From assembly GCF_009834535.1 (NCBI RefSeq), contig NC_045698.1, positions 11,100,001-11,164,000 on the forward strand: a stretch of DNA of 64,000 nucleotides. Reading direction: 5' to 3'. Position numbers and translations under genes: made by a program. The notes under the pieces are model-generated. The model saw only the letters and a program-made list of their open reading frames with translations, was not told where the DNA came from and did not search any database. Shown piece after piece: positions 24,091-38,945 of this stretch; within the stretch, counting starts at the first letter, position 1, and each line of letters starts with the position of its first letter. The stretch is from Camelus ferus. Its lineage: Eukaryota.

Positions 24091-25370
24091 ACAGATATCC
24101 CTGTTCTGGACATTTCATGTGAATGAAGTCATGTATATGTGGTCTTTTGTGACTGGCATCTTTCACTTGGCATAATGTGTTCAAGGTCTTTCCATGTTGT
24201 AGCATGTGTCAGTACTTCATTCTTTATTGTGGCCCAATAATATTCCAGTGTGTGGGTGTAACATATTTTATCCATTTATCAGTTGATGAGATTTAGATTG
24301 TCTCCATCTTTTGGCTGCTATGAATAATGCTGCTATAAGTATTTGTGTCCAAGTTTTCGTGTAGGTGTATATCATCATTTCTCTTGGATATATACACAGA
24401 AGGGGAATTGCTGGGTCATCTATATTTAATCTTTTGAGCAACTGCCAGACATTTTCCTAAGGTGATGGCACCATTTTATGTTCCCACCAACAGTGTATGA
24501 GTGTTCTGATTTCTCCATGTCATTGCTAATAACTTGCTATTGTCTGCCTTTTTTATTCTTGCCACTCTAGAAGATGTGAAGTTGTATTTCATCGTGATTT
24601 TGATTTGCATTTTCTTGATGACTAATGGCATCAAGCATGTTATGTGGTTATTAGTCATTTGTTTATTTTCCTTCGGAGAAATGTCTATTCAGACCTTTTG
24701 CATATTTTTTATAATTTGGATTTTTTTTCACTATTAAGTTGTAAGAGTTCTTTACATATTCTGGATACAAATCTCTTATCAGAGATATGATTTACAAATA
24801 GTTTCTTTCATTCTGTGGATTATTGTTTCACTTTCTGATGATGTCTTTGGAAACACAAACGTTTTATAATTTTTGTGAAGTCAAATTTATCTCTTTTTTT
24901 CTTTTGTTGCTTGTGCTTTTGGCATCATATCCAAGAATCCTCCAAGAATCCAAGAATGGTCAAATGCAACATCATGAAGATTTATCCCTGTTACTCCTAA
25001 GAGATTTATAGTTTTATTTCTTGCATATAAATCTTTAATACATTTTGAGTAAATTTTTGATTATGGTGTGAGGTAAGGGTCCAACTTTACTCTTCTGTGT
25101 GTGACTATTCAGTTGATCTAGTGCCATTTGTTGAAAAGACTACTCTTTCCCAATTGGATGGTCTTGGCATTCTTGCTGAAAATCAGTTGACTGTAGATAG
25201 GTGGGCTCATTTCTGAAGTCTCAGTTCTATTCCATTAATCTACAGAATAGATTATGTCTATCTTTGTGCAAGTACCATACCATCTTCACTGCTATTGCTT
25301 TATTATAAGCTTCGAAATTGGAAAGTGTGAGTCCACCTCCTTTGCTCTTCTTTTTTTAAGATTGTTTTAT
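24091..25370 (-). mobile_element. L1MB-like 3' UTR and ORF2 end
   Basis: 'ggacatttcatgtgaatg', 'gtcagtacttcattc', 'ttcccaccaacagtgtatgagtgttc', 'ttgatttgcattttcttgatgactaatg'. Confidence 0.85.
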
Positions 25371-25529
25371 GTATCTCCTTTTGAAAAAATGGTTGGTCTT
25401 TGCTTAAAACCAAAGCACTGGAAGGAAGTAGATTTATGTAACTCTGTGATGAGAATTTCTGTGTGATACAAGCTCCTACATGCAGATGTGTCAAGGCAAG
25501 TTCACGCATGCGTGCGTGCGTGCGTGTGA

Positions 25530-25669
25530 TAACATAATCATCAAGTGACCTCTCACCACTTTTGCTGTATACTATTGATCAGAAGCAAGTAACAGGTCCC
25601 TCCCACACTCCAGGGGATCAGGTTATTCCGAGCATGAACAGAGAACTGTTCTGGGGTCTGTCTGCCACA
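25530..25669 (-). mobile_element. MLT1 (G/H-like) LTR fragment
   Basis: 'cagaagcaagtaacaggtccctcccacactc...gtctgtctgccaca'. Confidence 0.55.
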
Positions 25670-27384
25670 GCATCAGTGCATTTTTTTTTTTGCATCTATC
25701 TAAATGTAAACAGCAACAACTTGCCCTTTGCCAAATTATCTCTAAATTTAAAAGTTTGATGATTTCAGTAGATATCTGGTAACACTTATTAAAATCAGGT
25801 GGGCAGTAAGTGTAGCCCAAACATTTCATTCTGACAAAGCACTTGCAAGCACAAACATAAATATGTGTGCACAGAGACATGTGCACAAACACAAGCCAAA
25901 TTCCATCACCAGTACTATGAATCATCATGGCCCAAATAGTTTAGCAAACAGAGCTCTTCTTTATGCTGAAGAAGTGTATTGAAGGGCAAAAGTCATCTGG
26001 ATAATTTATTCCAACATTTTCCCAAATCCTCCACCAGTTGTCCCACTTTTCCAATTATAATTCTTTTTGCCAAAATGTTTAACTATCTGGGTCAACTGCA
26101 CATTTCACCTTGTCTTATAAAACTAACCTTTATTTGCCATTGTTGATGTCACACTTGAATCCCATATGTGGGCTGCCCAAGCATGCGGTGCAGAATTTTT
26201 AACCTTCCATTAAAAATGTAACAGAAAATAGTTTTCGTGGCAAGTATTGCAGCTCTAAATGTTTTGCACCCTCTTTTCTGTCAGTTGGAGTGTTTTACAC
26301 TTCTTCTCTTTACTAAAATAGCAGAAACATCTGCATCTCCGCCCTCAATCACTACAACACTTTATGAGTCCCAGATTTACAAATAGTATCAGTTACATGC
26401 AGTAAACCTTGTTCTTGGTCTTATTAATTACTTTCCACCAACTTATCCCTCAGGCATTTTGGTAACAAAAGCATGCTGACAATCAACAGTAATGGTTTTA
26501 AGTTAATTATTTGACAAGTAGGTCCCTTTGCAAAAAGTTTCTTGTTAATTATTTAAAGAATCAGTGCCATGGGGAGGCTTTGCTTGTTTGGCTGTAAGTC
26601 GTAGTCATTCGTCTGTAGCTGTTTTTTCTCTTCTCTCTCTACTTCTCTACAGAATTTTTAGAAGTCTAAGACATAGGCATTCTAAGATGCATTAAGTTGT
26701 TTTAATCTTTTATGTGGCAAATTCACCCCAAGTCTTAAACCAGACTCTGAGCCTAAAGACTCATTTCTCTGAAATTAGGTGAAAAAGGTAAACATAAACA
26801 ATAAGCATATCACATGAAATCTATCTTCACGGATCTCTTAGATTGTATTCTCCTTGTATCTCGGTTTCTGGAAAAGATGATTGATGAATTACTAAATGGA
26901 TATGATCTGAAGTTCACATGGGAAAGAGGTAAATTGGGAAACCTTTTATTCAGAGGTTGTGGGTAAGTGATGTGTGAAATTGTTGACAAATTGCCTTCAT
27001 TAAGCTTTTGAAGTGGACATTTTTTTCCCATAAATTTGGCTTCTTTTCAAATATGACTGTGCAGAGTTTTAAGACATTCACTGTCAAGTTACAATCTGTA
27101 ATAATGTTTGTCCTTGAAAACCATTTTTCTTGAGAGATGCAGCAGAAAGTTTAAAGTAGGGACCTCTTTGGCAGTCCTTACACAGATAATACTAAATTTC
27201 TGAGCAAAACATGGATTTAAATGCTCTTCTATTATCCCCCAGATGAACAAAAGGAATAGGGAGGAAATAGGAAGACCTTTTTTGATCAACTATTGACCTC
27301 TCAATAACAAAGCCTTTTGACTAGGGCTTCTCATTGACCCTTGAAATTATATTAATTCTATTACAGCTGTCTCTTTTCAGTTCA

Positions 27385-27650
27385 GTGCCATGTAGTGTAG
27401 TGGACAAGACTGTGGTCTTGTAGACTGACTTTTGGTGGTTGACATCTCAGTTCTGCTACTTTCTAGGGGTGGGACTCCAAGCAACCGGCTAATTTCTCCG
27501 TGCTTCAATAGTCTTATCTGTAATGGAAAAATAATATCTCCTTGATAAGATTGTGCTAAAAATGAAAATTTAATGTGAGACTATATATAAATTACCTTAG
27601 CCTTTACCTGAAACACAATAGACTATCAAGAAATGATAACATGTATCATT
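27385..27650 (+). mobile_element. MIR SINE
   Basis: 'gtgtagtggacaagactgtgg...ctccgtgcttcaatagtcttatctgtaatgg' core. Confidence 0.65.
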
Positions 27651-27964
27651 AATATTTGGAGAATCAGCACAAACCTTAGTCTAAACTTTGAAGACCAAAC
27701 ATTTATTCAGGTTTCTGTAGACATCTATGTTTATCTGTAAGTCCATTATTTGAGGAATGCAATTTTGGCTTCTATTTTAGGGATCATTTTTGCTGAGGAC
27801 AGATAATTCTTATGAGTTTTCTTTTTAATTCAATGATTCTTGCTTCTTAAAAGGCTTGCCTGCAAATCATCTCCTTTCTTCCTCACAAAACTCTGCAGTG
27901 TGTAAACAGCTAAGCAGGTAATCAGTGCTCTGAGATTGTCATTGGACAAATGAATGCATAATGG

Positions 27965-28080
27965 ACCCTTGTTTTTCCAGATGAGGAAATCAAATCACTG
28001 AGAGGCAAAGTAACTTGGCCAACGATATATCCAGCCGAAGTCAGAGCAAAGACTAAGACCCAGAAATCCTGCAGCCCTGT
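27965..28080 (-). mobile_element. MIR SINE fragment
   Basis: 'cagatgaggaaatc...gagaggcaaagtaacttggccaa'. Confidence 0.65.
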
Positions 28081-29074
28081 CTCCAGCTGTCTGAAAGTCT
28101 TTATATGTCAATAAATACAAACTGGTGTAGGTCCTACACCAAGTAGGTTTATCTGACAGAACTTGTCCTTCCTGATAGTTTACAACCTGAACATAGAACT
28201 TTGACTCAGATTTTTAAGGAATCTGGTATCGTTTTCCAAAATTGGCTGCGTTTTCCAGTCATCAGTTTTGCCAGTGACTATCCTGTAATCTGAGACGTAG
28301 GGCTGGATGTAGACTGAATCAGCAAGTGAAATATCAATTTGATTTTAATCCACTATAAAGAAGAGTTGTTTGGTAAATTCCTGTCCATTTCTCATCTTTT
28401 GGATCTGTGCTGAGTTCACATCTCCTTTTGTGCAGTATTCAGCATGGATCTTATCTTGGGGCTTAGGTTTCAATATTGAATTCAGAATTTGAACTCTACT
28501 GTTTGGTTTTGGATGTGTTCTTCAGCGATAAAACTTGCTGTATCTCAGCAGGAGGAGCAGCAGTGGTGGTTGGGAGGTTAGTAACATCCAAGTTCAGGAA
28601 AGTCACTATTTGGCCAATATGGCTATGGTGACCCCATCAATTCTTCTAAATTCAGACATTTGAGCGTCAAAGTGGGCTATAAAGTCCACACTACATGTCC
28701 CCTTGGCTTGAGAGTCAAGGTCAAGAGAACATTTCTAAAATACAAACTCACTCATAGGGGATGTATTTCTCTTTTGGGCTACCTACCACTTGGAGGGTTT
28801 CAGAGTATTGGTTTGGAAGAAAGAAGGAATTGTACTGATTCATGAGGGGCCACCAATCTCCAGGCAGTCTAGATGAGAAACAGATCTATTCTAGTGACAG
28901 CTAGAAGTTGGAGGCAGGGTATCTCAAAATGCCTAATTCTTAATCCATATTCTAGGGAAGCTGAAAAGTATAAAGCCATTTCTATGGACTTACATGTCCC
29001 CTACTGTCTCATGATGCTTTGGGGAGACTTGTGGTTGAAGTGACTCACAAGGTAACAGTCAGAGTGGAAGAAAT

Positions 29075-29230
29075 GGAATATAATATAATATATAAATATA
29101 ATATAAATGTATTATAATATAAATGAATATAAATATAAATTTATATATTTTTGTATTTGTACATTTATATATATTATATACATACTTATATGTATAAATT
29201 TATACATCCAAGTAATATATAAATAATAAT
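29075..29230. repeat. AT-rich low-complexity, (TA)-like tract
   Basis: Directly visible. Confidence 0.85.
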
Positions 29231-32200
29231 ACCAGGACTGACTTCTCAAAATTGCAAAAAGTATTGACAAGTACGCTATACTCTGCATCATGTGTTGGGT
29301 GTTACTGTCCCAGACGTGCTGGTAACTGCTTTGCTCACCTGGGAGAGGTCACTGTGTGGCTCTGGACCTCAGTTCTTTAGTGTTTACATCCTGTGATCAT
29401 TGCTACCCTCCTCTTCTTCCACAAATCAGCCTGTAAGTGAAGGAAAAGAGTAATAGTTATTTTCGGAATTTATTTCAATATTAAAGGAATGACTAGTGTC
29501 ATTAAAACATATGATATAAACACAATTAATACAGACTGGAAAGTTGTGCTTTCTTTTGGTGCTCAACTCAGACAAGATAAGCGTCTGATGAGCTTTTCTC
29601 ATTGGTTGAATAATTTATATGATAGGAGAAACTTGTATAAAATTTTAAAATATATTTTAAATAGATTCTATAGAACCAGAACTTTTCTCTTCTATTTAGA
29701 ATTTGATTTAAAATATTTAAAATGTCTAAAATCAGTTTCAGTCCTACACAACTCTAATGCAGATCAAGTGTTTTAAAATATTTATGATAAAGAAAATTAT
29801 TCCATCTATGCTGGGAATTCTTACTGGAATATCACACCAATTTGAACTGAAGCCACTGTGAGATTAATTTCTTCTCTGCTGCTGGAATATAAATGTGTTC
29901 TGACAGCTGCTTTCTGTAACTGAAGTGTACTTATTTGCATGCAGCATCTTCCACTCAATGAAATCATATATATCAGAGGAACTTTGAATGGTTTAAGCAA
30001 CAAACAAAGATTGATTATCATCGCAAATGCCAACTAGGGATTCACTATAAATAACAAAGTATTGGCCAGTGCCTGTTTTGAAATCAACACTGGTAATTTA
30101 GAGCTTTCAGAGAGACAATCATGAATTTCAGAAGAACTTGCTGATGTTAGAGAAAAAAAATAAAAAGAGAATTATGCAAAGGGAAAAGATGGCTTTGATC
30201 AAACACATGTTTTTCAGACTTATTAGTGATTAACACATCAGACACTCTCTTTTGGATTGTATTCCCCTTTCACCATGGCTAAGAGCTGAAAAGATGAACA
30301 TTATTATAGTACTAACATGTCATGAAGGATGTGTAATAATTTAGGCGTTTATGTAATATAATTGGAGTCTGAATAGGTACAGTTAGAGGCTATAATTTAG
30401 GCATTGATGATGATAAAAGAGAAAGATTTCCAAGTAAGAAGCAGAATTTGTTATCTTTCTTCAGGGATAGTCCCATCTAATTGAGAGGCTATAGACTCAA
30501 ACAAAAAGTTTGGAGGTCAGTATAGCTTTAATATAAGTAAAAGGACTAACTGCCCATTAAAAGCAAATAAAGATGAACAAACACTATTAAAACTGAGATT
30601 AACTGAGAATAAAAATTATTTATAAACAAAATGATGCTAGATCAAATTCTCACTCTGGTTCTTAGAAATCATATTTTCTTATTTTCCTCTCTTAAGAATT
30701 TTACTGTTAGCTGAATGTGTCCTTGCCTGGAGAGCCTTCTATTCTAGGTAGGTCAGTCACCGCTAGAAGGCATTTAAGGCAGCATTGGAGAGAGAAGAGT
30801 CATGACATCGAGGGTCTGGATGTCAGTATCCCTCTGATAATAATGATCTTTGAGCCCTAAGGAACGTTCTGGAAAGAAAGGAAGAAGCATAAAAGAAGGG
30901 AAAGAACTGAAGGGGAGTCTTTCCCTATGTGTATTCAAGTTGCAAAAAGAATTACCCTTAATTAATTGTGAAAGTCTATATTCCCTAAAAACTACCAAGC
31001 CTCAGATAAAGGGTGACAATTACCCATTTGTGAATATTTATAGTGCATTTCCCTGTAGCAAAATGAGGACAGAATAATTTTCTCAACAACCAGAGAAAAC
31101 GCCGTGAGTGGTAAAGTGAAGTAAGAATTCGACAAAGGAGAAAGAGAACAATATTAGCAGATTTTGTTGTTTGAAGTCTAGAATACTCTAGAATCCCACT
31201 GAACTGAACATTCCAGGGACTGTCATTGTCCATGGTCAGTATCTACCATACAAATGGTATTTTTGAGTCATTCTTGGGAGAAAAAAAAAAAAAGAAGGAA
31301 GTTGTTTTGAAGTATTCTATCATTTAGTTCTTGCATTTCTGTAAGTAGGAACATGGTGGTAAGCACAAAATTACAGGCTATATTATTCAGAGGTTTTCCT
31401 TTTTAATAGAAAATCAGACATCCTTGGGCTTTCTGCTGAGAGACTGGAAAGAGAAAAGTTATATCTAATGATCATTAATAGATATTTTCTTCTCTTCCCC
31501 CTTTCCTTTTCCTTCTTTTCAATTCCTAAGACCTCATTTTAGGAGGCTCAAAAGCACATAGTGTGCAGCTTGTCCAATCAAGCACAACAGCATTGAGACT
31601 CTGTTCTAAAAGGGCTGCTGCCACCTGCCATGTCTGCTCTGGGTACCAGAACCTTGTTTGTGGTTCCCCTGAATCCCCTAAGTGCAATTACAGTGGCAGA
31701 GGGATCAGGGGTTTTTAAACTCCAGACTCCATAAAGGCAAAGAAAAGCATTGAAAATGCCCAGACACCTACAATAGAATAAGAAACATGTATGTTTTACT
31801 AAATAGTTACTGTAAATAAAATATGAAGCATACTCATATAAACTTATCCAACTATGAATGCCATGCAGTGTTCTGTTAACCAACACGTGAAGCTGTAAGA
31901 GCCTGGGGATTTACTCCAGCCATGTCATCACCACCCTATGAAGCTATCCTTGTTGTTAACAGTCTTACTTCTCTCAACTCGTATCTGTTCTATCCATTGG
32001 TTTTTAGTAAGGAGTATCTTGATCTTTTTCCAACCATATGGACCACTTTGGAAAAGCTATTTTCAATGGCTGCATTGTGTCTATCACACAGAAGGGCTAG
32101 ACTGTGATTTCCTTACTACTACTCTCCTTTATCCCTTTGACAATTAATGGTAGATTCTCTTCTATGTACCAAGCATGATGGCACTTGGTTCTTGGCCTCA

Positions 32201-32630
32201 AGGAGTTCAAAATTGACTGGGAGACAGACAAACAAAAACAGTATAAGGAGAGGGGACACAGACTTGAGAGGAAGAGGAGGATACAATGGTGACATTCTGG
32301 ACTCAGTGATCCATCTTCTTTTCTCATGACTCAACAAAATAGATTAAATGGAGAGAATCCTCTAGTTTTATCAACTATTGGGGAGATAATAGAACCAAAC
32401 TGATATTGTCCTTTTGGGTGGTAAAATCACACCGCAGAGCCAAGGCTTATTCCAACTATACCCTGTTTCTCAAGCATTCTGATTTTCAGATTTTGATCAT
32501 TCTGGAAGGGAATTTCACCTTTTGTGTAAATTGTAATCGTTTTGAGGCTTAGCTCCCTACTTATAATATAATTTTTTAAAATAAAAACACACAAATGTAA
32601 ATATCTTTCAAGCCAAAGATAATTTTATTT

Positions 32631-33000
32631 ATTTTTTTAATTTTTATTTTTTATTGAGGTATAGTTGATTTACAATGTTTTGGGTATACAGCAAAGTGAT
32701 CCAGTTATACACACACATATATATATGTATGTATGTATTATTCTTTTTCAGATTCTTTTCCATTATAGGTTATTACAAGAGATTGAATATAGTTCCCTGT
32801 AGGTCCTTGTTGTTTATCTATTTTATGTACAGTAGTGTGTATCTGTTAATCCCAATTCCAGATTTATCCCTCCCCGCCTTTCCCCTTTGGTAACCATAAG
32901 TTTATTTTCTATGTCTGTGAGTTTATTTCTATTTTGTAAATAAGCTCATTTGTGTCATTATTTTAGATTCCACATATAAGTGATAACATATGATATTTGT
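32631..33000 (-). mobile_element. 5'-truncated cetartiodactyl-type L1 3' UTR with TSD
   Basis: T-rich tail, 'ttattgaggtatagttgatttacaatg', 'agattccacatataagtgata'. 17-bp TSD CAAAGATAATTTTATTT (32614-32630) / CAAAGGTAATTTTATTT (33001-33017). Confidence 0.9.
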
Positions 33001-36000
33001 CAAAGGTAATTTTATTTTGGAGACTATGATTAACTTTAAAATTTATTATTAGTATTTAATTTCTTGTTCAGAATAAAACTTACACTACAGAATGAAAGCA
33101 GACCTGTTTCCTCATGACTGATTAATAAATACCTGTATTTATTTAAATATTACTTTTTTCCTTCAAAATGCATTAGTCAGTATAGAGATTTTCAAAATTG
33201 TTTATAGCTAAGGGTCCTTTAAATTCCTCCTAACAGTAACGTCTTGTGAATTAATTAGTAGAACAGCTGTGTGAGCTGATCCAAATTCTTCTCAAGAGCT
33301 GCAAGATGTAAATACTCTGGGGGAAAGTATTAGGGAAACAAAAAGAATTAAGAGGAGAGAAGTGCTACTGGTCTTTTCTGATCAAGAAACCAAACATTCT
33401 GGATTTTTAGCCTGACTGATAGGAAACAAGCCAGGGGTCCAAGAACAACCAGAGTCCCAAGAACTTTGGTTTCAAAACTTGCGAAGACTTAATAGCTTTT
33501 TAACTTTTGTGGGAAAAATGGCAATGTGTCTGACAGAAATCCTGCTGCTGACCTTCAAATGGGAAAAGGTGACCGGTAGCTCCATAAACATTTTCCATGA
33601 TGGCTTAAGTACATTAAAACTGTTTCCCATTTCCCATCCCCGGCAGTAGGGGCTGGGCTCAGCCTTAGGTTGGTTATAATTTGCTAGTGGATGCCGAGTT
33701 TCCATCTTGGGGGGTGTTCTTCCCTGAATTTCTGATTAACTGAATGAGTGAGATCTTTGGTGCCCTGCCTTGTCGGTGACATTTGAGAGATGTCTGTTTC
33801 ACTGTTTCACTTAGTTGCTGCTTAGTTGGAACAAATGAAAGTTAAGGGCAGTGCTGAGGCGGGGGATGAGGATGGCACTTGGAGAATGAATGCACATGAC
33901 AGCACTGAGAAACCCTGCAGAGCAGAATCCTCTTTAACCCCATGTTTACCCAAGAATATTTCACCACAGAGACCCCTTCTCTTCACTCAGACACCCAGTA
34001 ACATCCCATGGGATTCACCTAGGGAAGAGCTTGAATGCCATTTGTTGAGATAAGAAAGTAAATTCTCGTGACTGATCAAGTGGTCACTTTAAAGTTATTG
34101 CCAGAACCTGAGTCAGTGGGTTCAGAAAGGAAGTATTTTTCATTCTAGAAGCCAGCAGCCAAGTACGTCCTGAGATGTCAAGAAAGTCATTTTAGAGAAC
34201 ACAGGACGACTTGGGGCCAGTGAGGGGAAAAGCCCAAGCAAGGCAGATCCTCTTTGTTCAGCAGGGGAATCAATAGTCATGTTGGGATCAGAAACCATTT
34301 TTAATATATTTTATCCTTTGATAATGAGAAATTATTTAGAAAGTTTCAGGCTAACTGTGTATCAAGCAGAGACAGAGCTGGGAGTGTTTGCTAAGCTGTT
34401 TGTCCAAGAAACCTTTATTCACGGAACACATTACTGGGTGGTGGCCTGGCGAACACCCTTTAGAAAATGTGATTCTGTTCATTCTATTATCTCTCTTCTC
34501 CTCCAACCAAGCAGGATTCATATTCCCTCTAGTGTGCCCTGGATCCCCTGCTCTGGTCTAACTACCTTCAAGTTGTTCTTTAGCCAATTCTCATGGAGCC
34601 ACAGGTTGGCTCTAATTCTAATCCTTCTGGAGGGACAGGTTTCATTTCTCATCTTTGATTGAAAGCCAGCACAAAAGTACAGCATGTGTTGGTGGCCAAG
34701 TCACCATCTTGACTTTCACCCCTAAGTCTGTCTCCTGCCCTCTTGAATTGTAGTTGTGTCTCTTGCTCACGAGAACAACAAAGTTGTTCTACCATGATTG
34801 CTTGCTTCCGTTCCTCTTCACCACTTCCATATTTTCTCCCTTTTTATGCTGATAGCTTCTTTGCTGGTTCCAAAGATGACTTTACTCCCTAAAAATAATA
34901 GAAATGACCCCAAGTTTATTCTTTGTTGGCCTGTGGTCACTTGTCAGGTGAAAATCAAAGCCAGTATGAGATTAGGTCTTCCCAGGAGTAGGCTATGATG
35001 TTGATATTGTACATTGTGTCCACCAGCCTCTATGGTATCCAGGGAAACAAATACTCATATCTTAGGAGGACAGAACTAATGTAGTCTTTCTTCTTCCTCC
35101 CAAAGTCAATTGCTTTAGTGTACCTAGTATAACTAAGATGGCTGTTTTCTCTTTCATCAGTTTTCTTTCTTTTCCTATTCATTAAGCAACAAACTCTAAT
35201 ATATTTACTCAGTTTGCACCAATTTATTCATTTATCATATGCTGATATAATGCACCAAATGTTAAAAGACCCATGGCCTTTGACCTTAAGAATCTCAGAG
35301 TCCTGAAGAAATAGATGTAAACAATCAACAAAAATGATGAGTAGTAATATATAGAAAACAGAGTGGGAATAGAGAAATAAGTGACTGGGTAGGAGCTGCT
35401 TGGAAGGAAGTTACTGACACCCTCACCATGAGGAAATTATCAGAACTGTTCCTTGAAAGATAAATAGAAATTCTTCAAGTAAAGAAAGGAATGTGGGTTT
35501 GTACGTATTTATGGGGGTAGAAATGAGGCCAGGGGGAAAGAGAAAGAGAGAGAAATTGTTCTTTGGTTGTGATCCATACAGCTTCTAATCTAAACAGTAT
35601 TCATAGAGAAAAATGGACCCCATTGAAGCAAATCTTCCCTCATATCCTAATTCGTCTCTAACCCCAAATCGCTCTGAGGTGCCTTATCCTTGTTCTTTAT
35701 ATTATGAGCTCAGTGAGAAAAGATAGGAGAAAAATAACGAAAAATCCCTTTACATAATAGAAAATAGTGTTTTGATAAAACCAGAAGCTTCCATATCCCA
35801 AAGAAAATGCATAGAGTATCTGTTTTTAACAAGCTGGTTAGTTCATCAGAATTACTCTGTTGTTATTTTATAGTTTAGCTAAATTGAACAGCCCAATGCT
35901 ACACTGGAGCCAGGCTAAACTGAAACACTTAGTGGAGCACTAACGTTTTGTTTGGAGAATGCAAATGTTTAGTGTGTCGTGTATTAGAGATAGCAACAAA

Positions 36001-36979
36001 TGTTGGTGGGATGGGTGGGAACTGGACTGATGTGAAAACGGAAATGTGTTTGTAGTTTAAAAACAGTGGCTTTACTCAGTTTTCATGACTTGTGAATACT
36101 GAAAGGTATTAAGAGACATTCAATCTAACTTGCCTTGTATACATTATCAGAAATTCTTAACTGGAGAGTTCATGTAGGCAAACTGCCAAAGCTTAGGAGT
36201 GTCTGCAGAGAGGCCAAATACAATTATAATTAAACTAGGGGGTTCAGTAAGTGGCTTTGTGAATTATCACATATATGCTTAATAACTGATTCAGTAATTG
36301 ACGCAGACAATCCCAGGGTGCACAAGTCACTGGGCAGGACAATTAAGCCAAATGCCTGGGAATAAATATGTGGAGGACTAGAAGATGAAGGCAGTGATTT
36401 CCAGCTCTTTGGAACCCCAAACAATTTATAGTGTAAGGGGATCCTGAGAAATTTCTTACCCCTTTTAAACTTATAGATGTGATATAGACCCATGAGGCAT
36501 TCTCCTCCTGGGGTTTGCAAGTCTGTGGGAAGATGTGATAGGTCAGCTCATTAGAAAAGCACCCTACAATTTGGTTGTCTGTCCCAGAGAATGCAGATCT
36601 TCCTCCCCCCAAGTAAAACTACAGTGATCCCAGAGTAAAAAGCAAAGCAGTAACTTTGGCAGCAGAACTTCAAGACAAAATCAGGAGAATAGTTAGATAG
36701 AATTAGGCAGTTCCTCCTCCCCAACCACAGAGGCTAACAATAATCACTGGTAAAAGCTGGAAAAGTTAGAAAATGCACAAAGGAAGCGAGTGGCTCCAGA
36801 TAAGAGAAGGACAAAGTCATAGAAGATGCAGTGTCGGGGGGAGTCAGCAGGACCCTGGGTCTGGGGGACTAAGCAAGGCAGCCTCTGAGAGTTTGGTGAG
36901 CAAAAATTAAGAATCGAAGTTGATAGTCTGGGAGCAAAGCAGGTTACAAGTCCATATTAGATATCAGATGAAGTGGGTA

Positions 36980-38030
36980 AATACATGTGTGGCGATTATG
37001 AGAACTTTGGCTGTTATTCTAAGTGAGACGGAAGACAGAGGAAAGCTTAGAACAGTTGCGAGACATGGCTTCATTTGTTTAAAAAGGATCATTCTGGCTG
37101 ACTTTCTCACAGACTATATGCTGAAAAAATATATATTGAAAGGGGAAGCAGAGAGTGCAGTAAGGAGGGTATGGTAGTATTTCTGGTGCAAGGTGGTAAT
37201 GTCTCGGACTGCAGAACAGAGGTAGAAGTAAGGATGAGAGGCTGCAGTCTAAACATGTTTCGAAAGTAGAGCTACCATAATATCCTGACAGGTTGTGAGA
37301 AAAAGAGAGGAGCTAGGGATGACACCAAGAATTTTCTCCCGAACAAATATGAAAATGCAACTGCCATTTACTGAGAATACAACAGAAGAAACAAGTTTGG
37401 TTTTGGATGTGTTGGGTTTGCAATATTTATTAGACTTCCAAGTGGGAATACCGGGGAGACAATTAGATATACTGATCTAAAATTCAAGGAAGAGAACTGG
37501 GCTAGAGATATAAATAGAGAAATAATTTTGTGGATGGTATTTAAAGCCATGACACTGGATAAGGACACAAAGAGAATGAGTGTAGATTAAGAAGAAAAAA
37601 AGGACTGATTGGAATAATTACTCTGAAGTTCAGAGGCTGGGAGATGAGTAGGAACACATGAAGGTGATGGAGAAGAGGCAGCCATTGAGGTAGTTGGAAA
37701 AAGAGAGAAGTGTAGGTTCTGGACGCCAAGAGAAGAGCAAGCTTCAGGAAAGGCAGATCAACTGAGTTAAATGGAGTTGACAAATTGAGCAAGAGAACAA
37801 ACTGAGACTAAGCATTGGTGAGCAATGAGGACACTGATCAGAACAGCTTGGTGGAGTGGTGGAGGGGAGAGCCTGGCTGGGAGGGGTCAAGACAGAGTGA
37901 GAGGGAAAAAAGGTAAAACAGCAATGCATGAAACTCCTTTAAGGATAGGGTTCTGTGGTCAAGGGATGGACAGAAAATTATGCAGCTTGTTTAAAAGGTC
38001 ATGGGATGATCAAGTCAAGTAGGAGAAGAT
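36980..38030 (-). mobile_element. L2 LINE remnant
   Basis: 'aaggatcattctggctg', 'gatgacaccaag', 'gccatttactgag', 'ggtatttaaagccatg'. Confidence 0.8.
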
Positions 38031-38032
38031 GA

Positions 38033-38370
38033 TGTCTTAATTTAGGATTCTTCAGAAACGGACCCTGAAATAAAAATTTGAGGGCAAGTAACTTATTTGT
38101 TAAGTGTAGGAAACGCCAGAGAAAGGTGTGGTAGGAAAAGGGAGAGATGCATTATCAAGCCAGCTACCACTGTGCATGCCTGGTATTTAATCCCCTGGGC
38201 AAATGCTGGGAAACCCAAGCTTCAGAAGCATCCCACCGAAGGACATGGGAGTAGGGGTATTGATACACTGTTTCTCATCTGTTGTTGGTTGAAGGCTGCC
38301 AGGGAAGGGGGTGGGGAAGTGTTAATACCCAAGTACTTCCAGCTGGCCAACCTGAGGGCAAAATGACCTT
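38033..38370 (-). mobile_element. ERVL LTR (LTR33/LTR16-like)
   Basis: 'tgtcttaatttaggattcttcagaaacggaccctga...ttggttgaaggctgcc'. Confidence 0.65.
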
Positions 38371-38419
38371 TCCATTTTGGGGGAATGACCTCACTTTCTA
38401 TATGCTGAAGCCTTCCAAA

Positions 38420-38945
38420 TAGGTATATCCAGTGATGCTCTCCCCACATACTTAACTCATCAGTTTAACTGCTGCCTAAAGGCTCATTTGTGCATCTAAT
38501 TGTTCTTTTAAGTTTAGTACATCCAAAACAAATCCCCCTTCAGACAATCAGTCCTAAAGCACTTCTCCATCCTCCCCAACCACCCTCCACTTTCCTGCTC
38601 AAGCAAAGACCAAGATGCCATCTTTTAATTTCCTCTTTTCTCATAAAATACACAATCAGGTGAGTTTTATTGGCTCTACCTCCAAAATACATCTTGAATC
38701 TAACAATTTTTTACCTTCTCCACTATTGTGCTGATGAAAGTCAGATTTCTCTCACCTATTCTAGGGCAGAGGACTTTTAACACGTCTCTGGACTTCTAAG
38801 AGCTGTCAGTTTTTCACAATAAGGTCTGCTGATGTGAAAAATATCAGTCAAGTCAAATTAGTTTCTTACTTAAAACCCCCCTGTTTTGCATTATAGTTAG
38901 AATAAAGTTCAAAATGATTATCATGCTCAAAAAACCCTACATAAG
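38420..38945 (+). mobile_element. L2 LINE remnant
   Basis: 'ggctctacctccaaaatacatcttgaatc', 'ttagaataaagttcaaa'. Confidence 0.7.
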
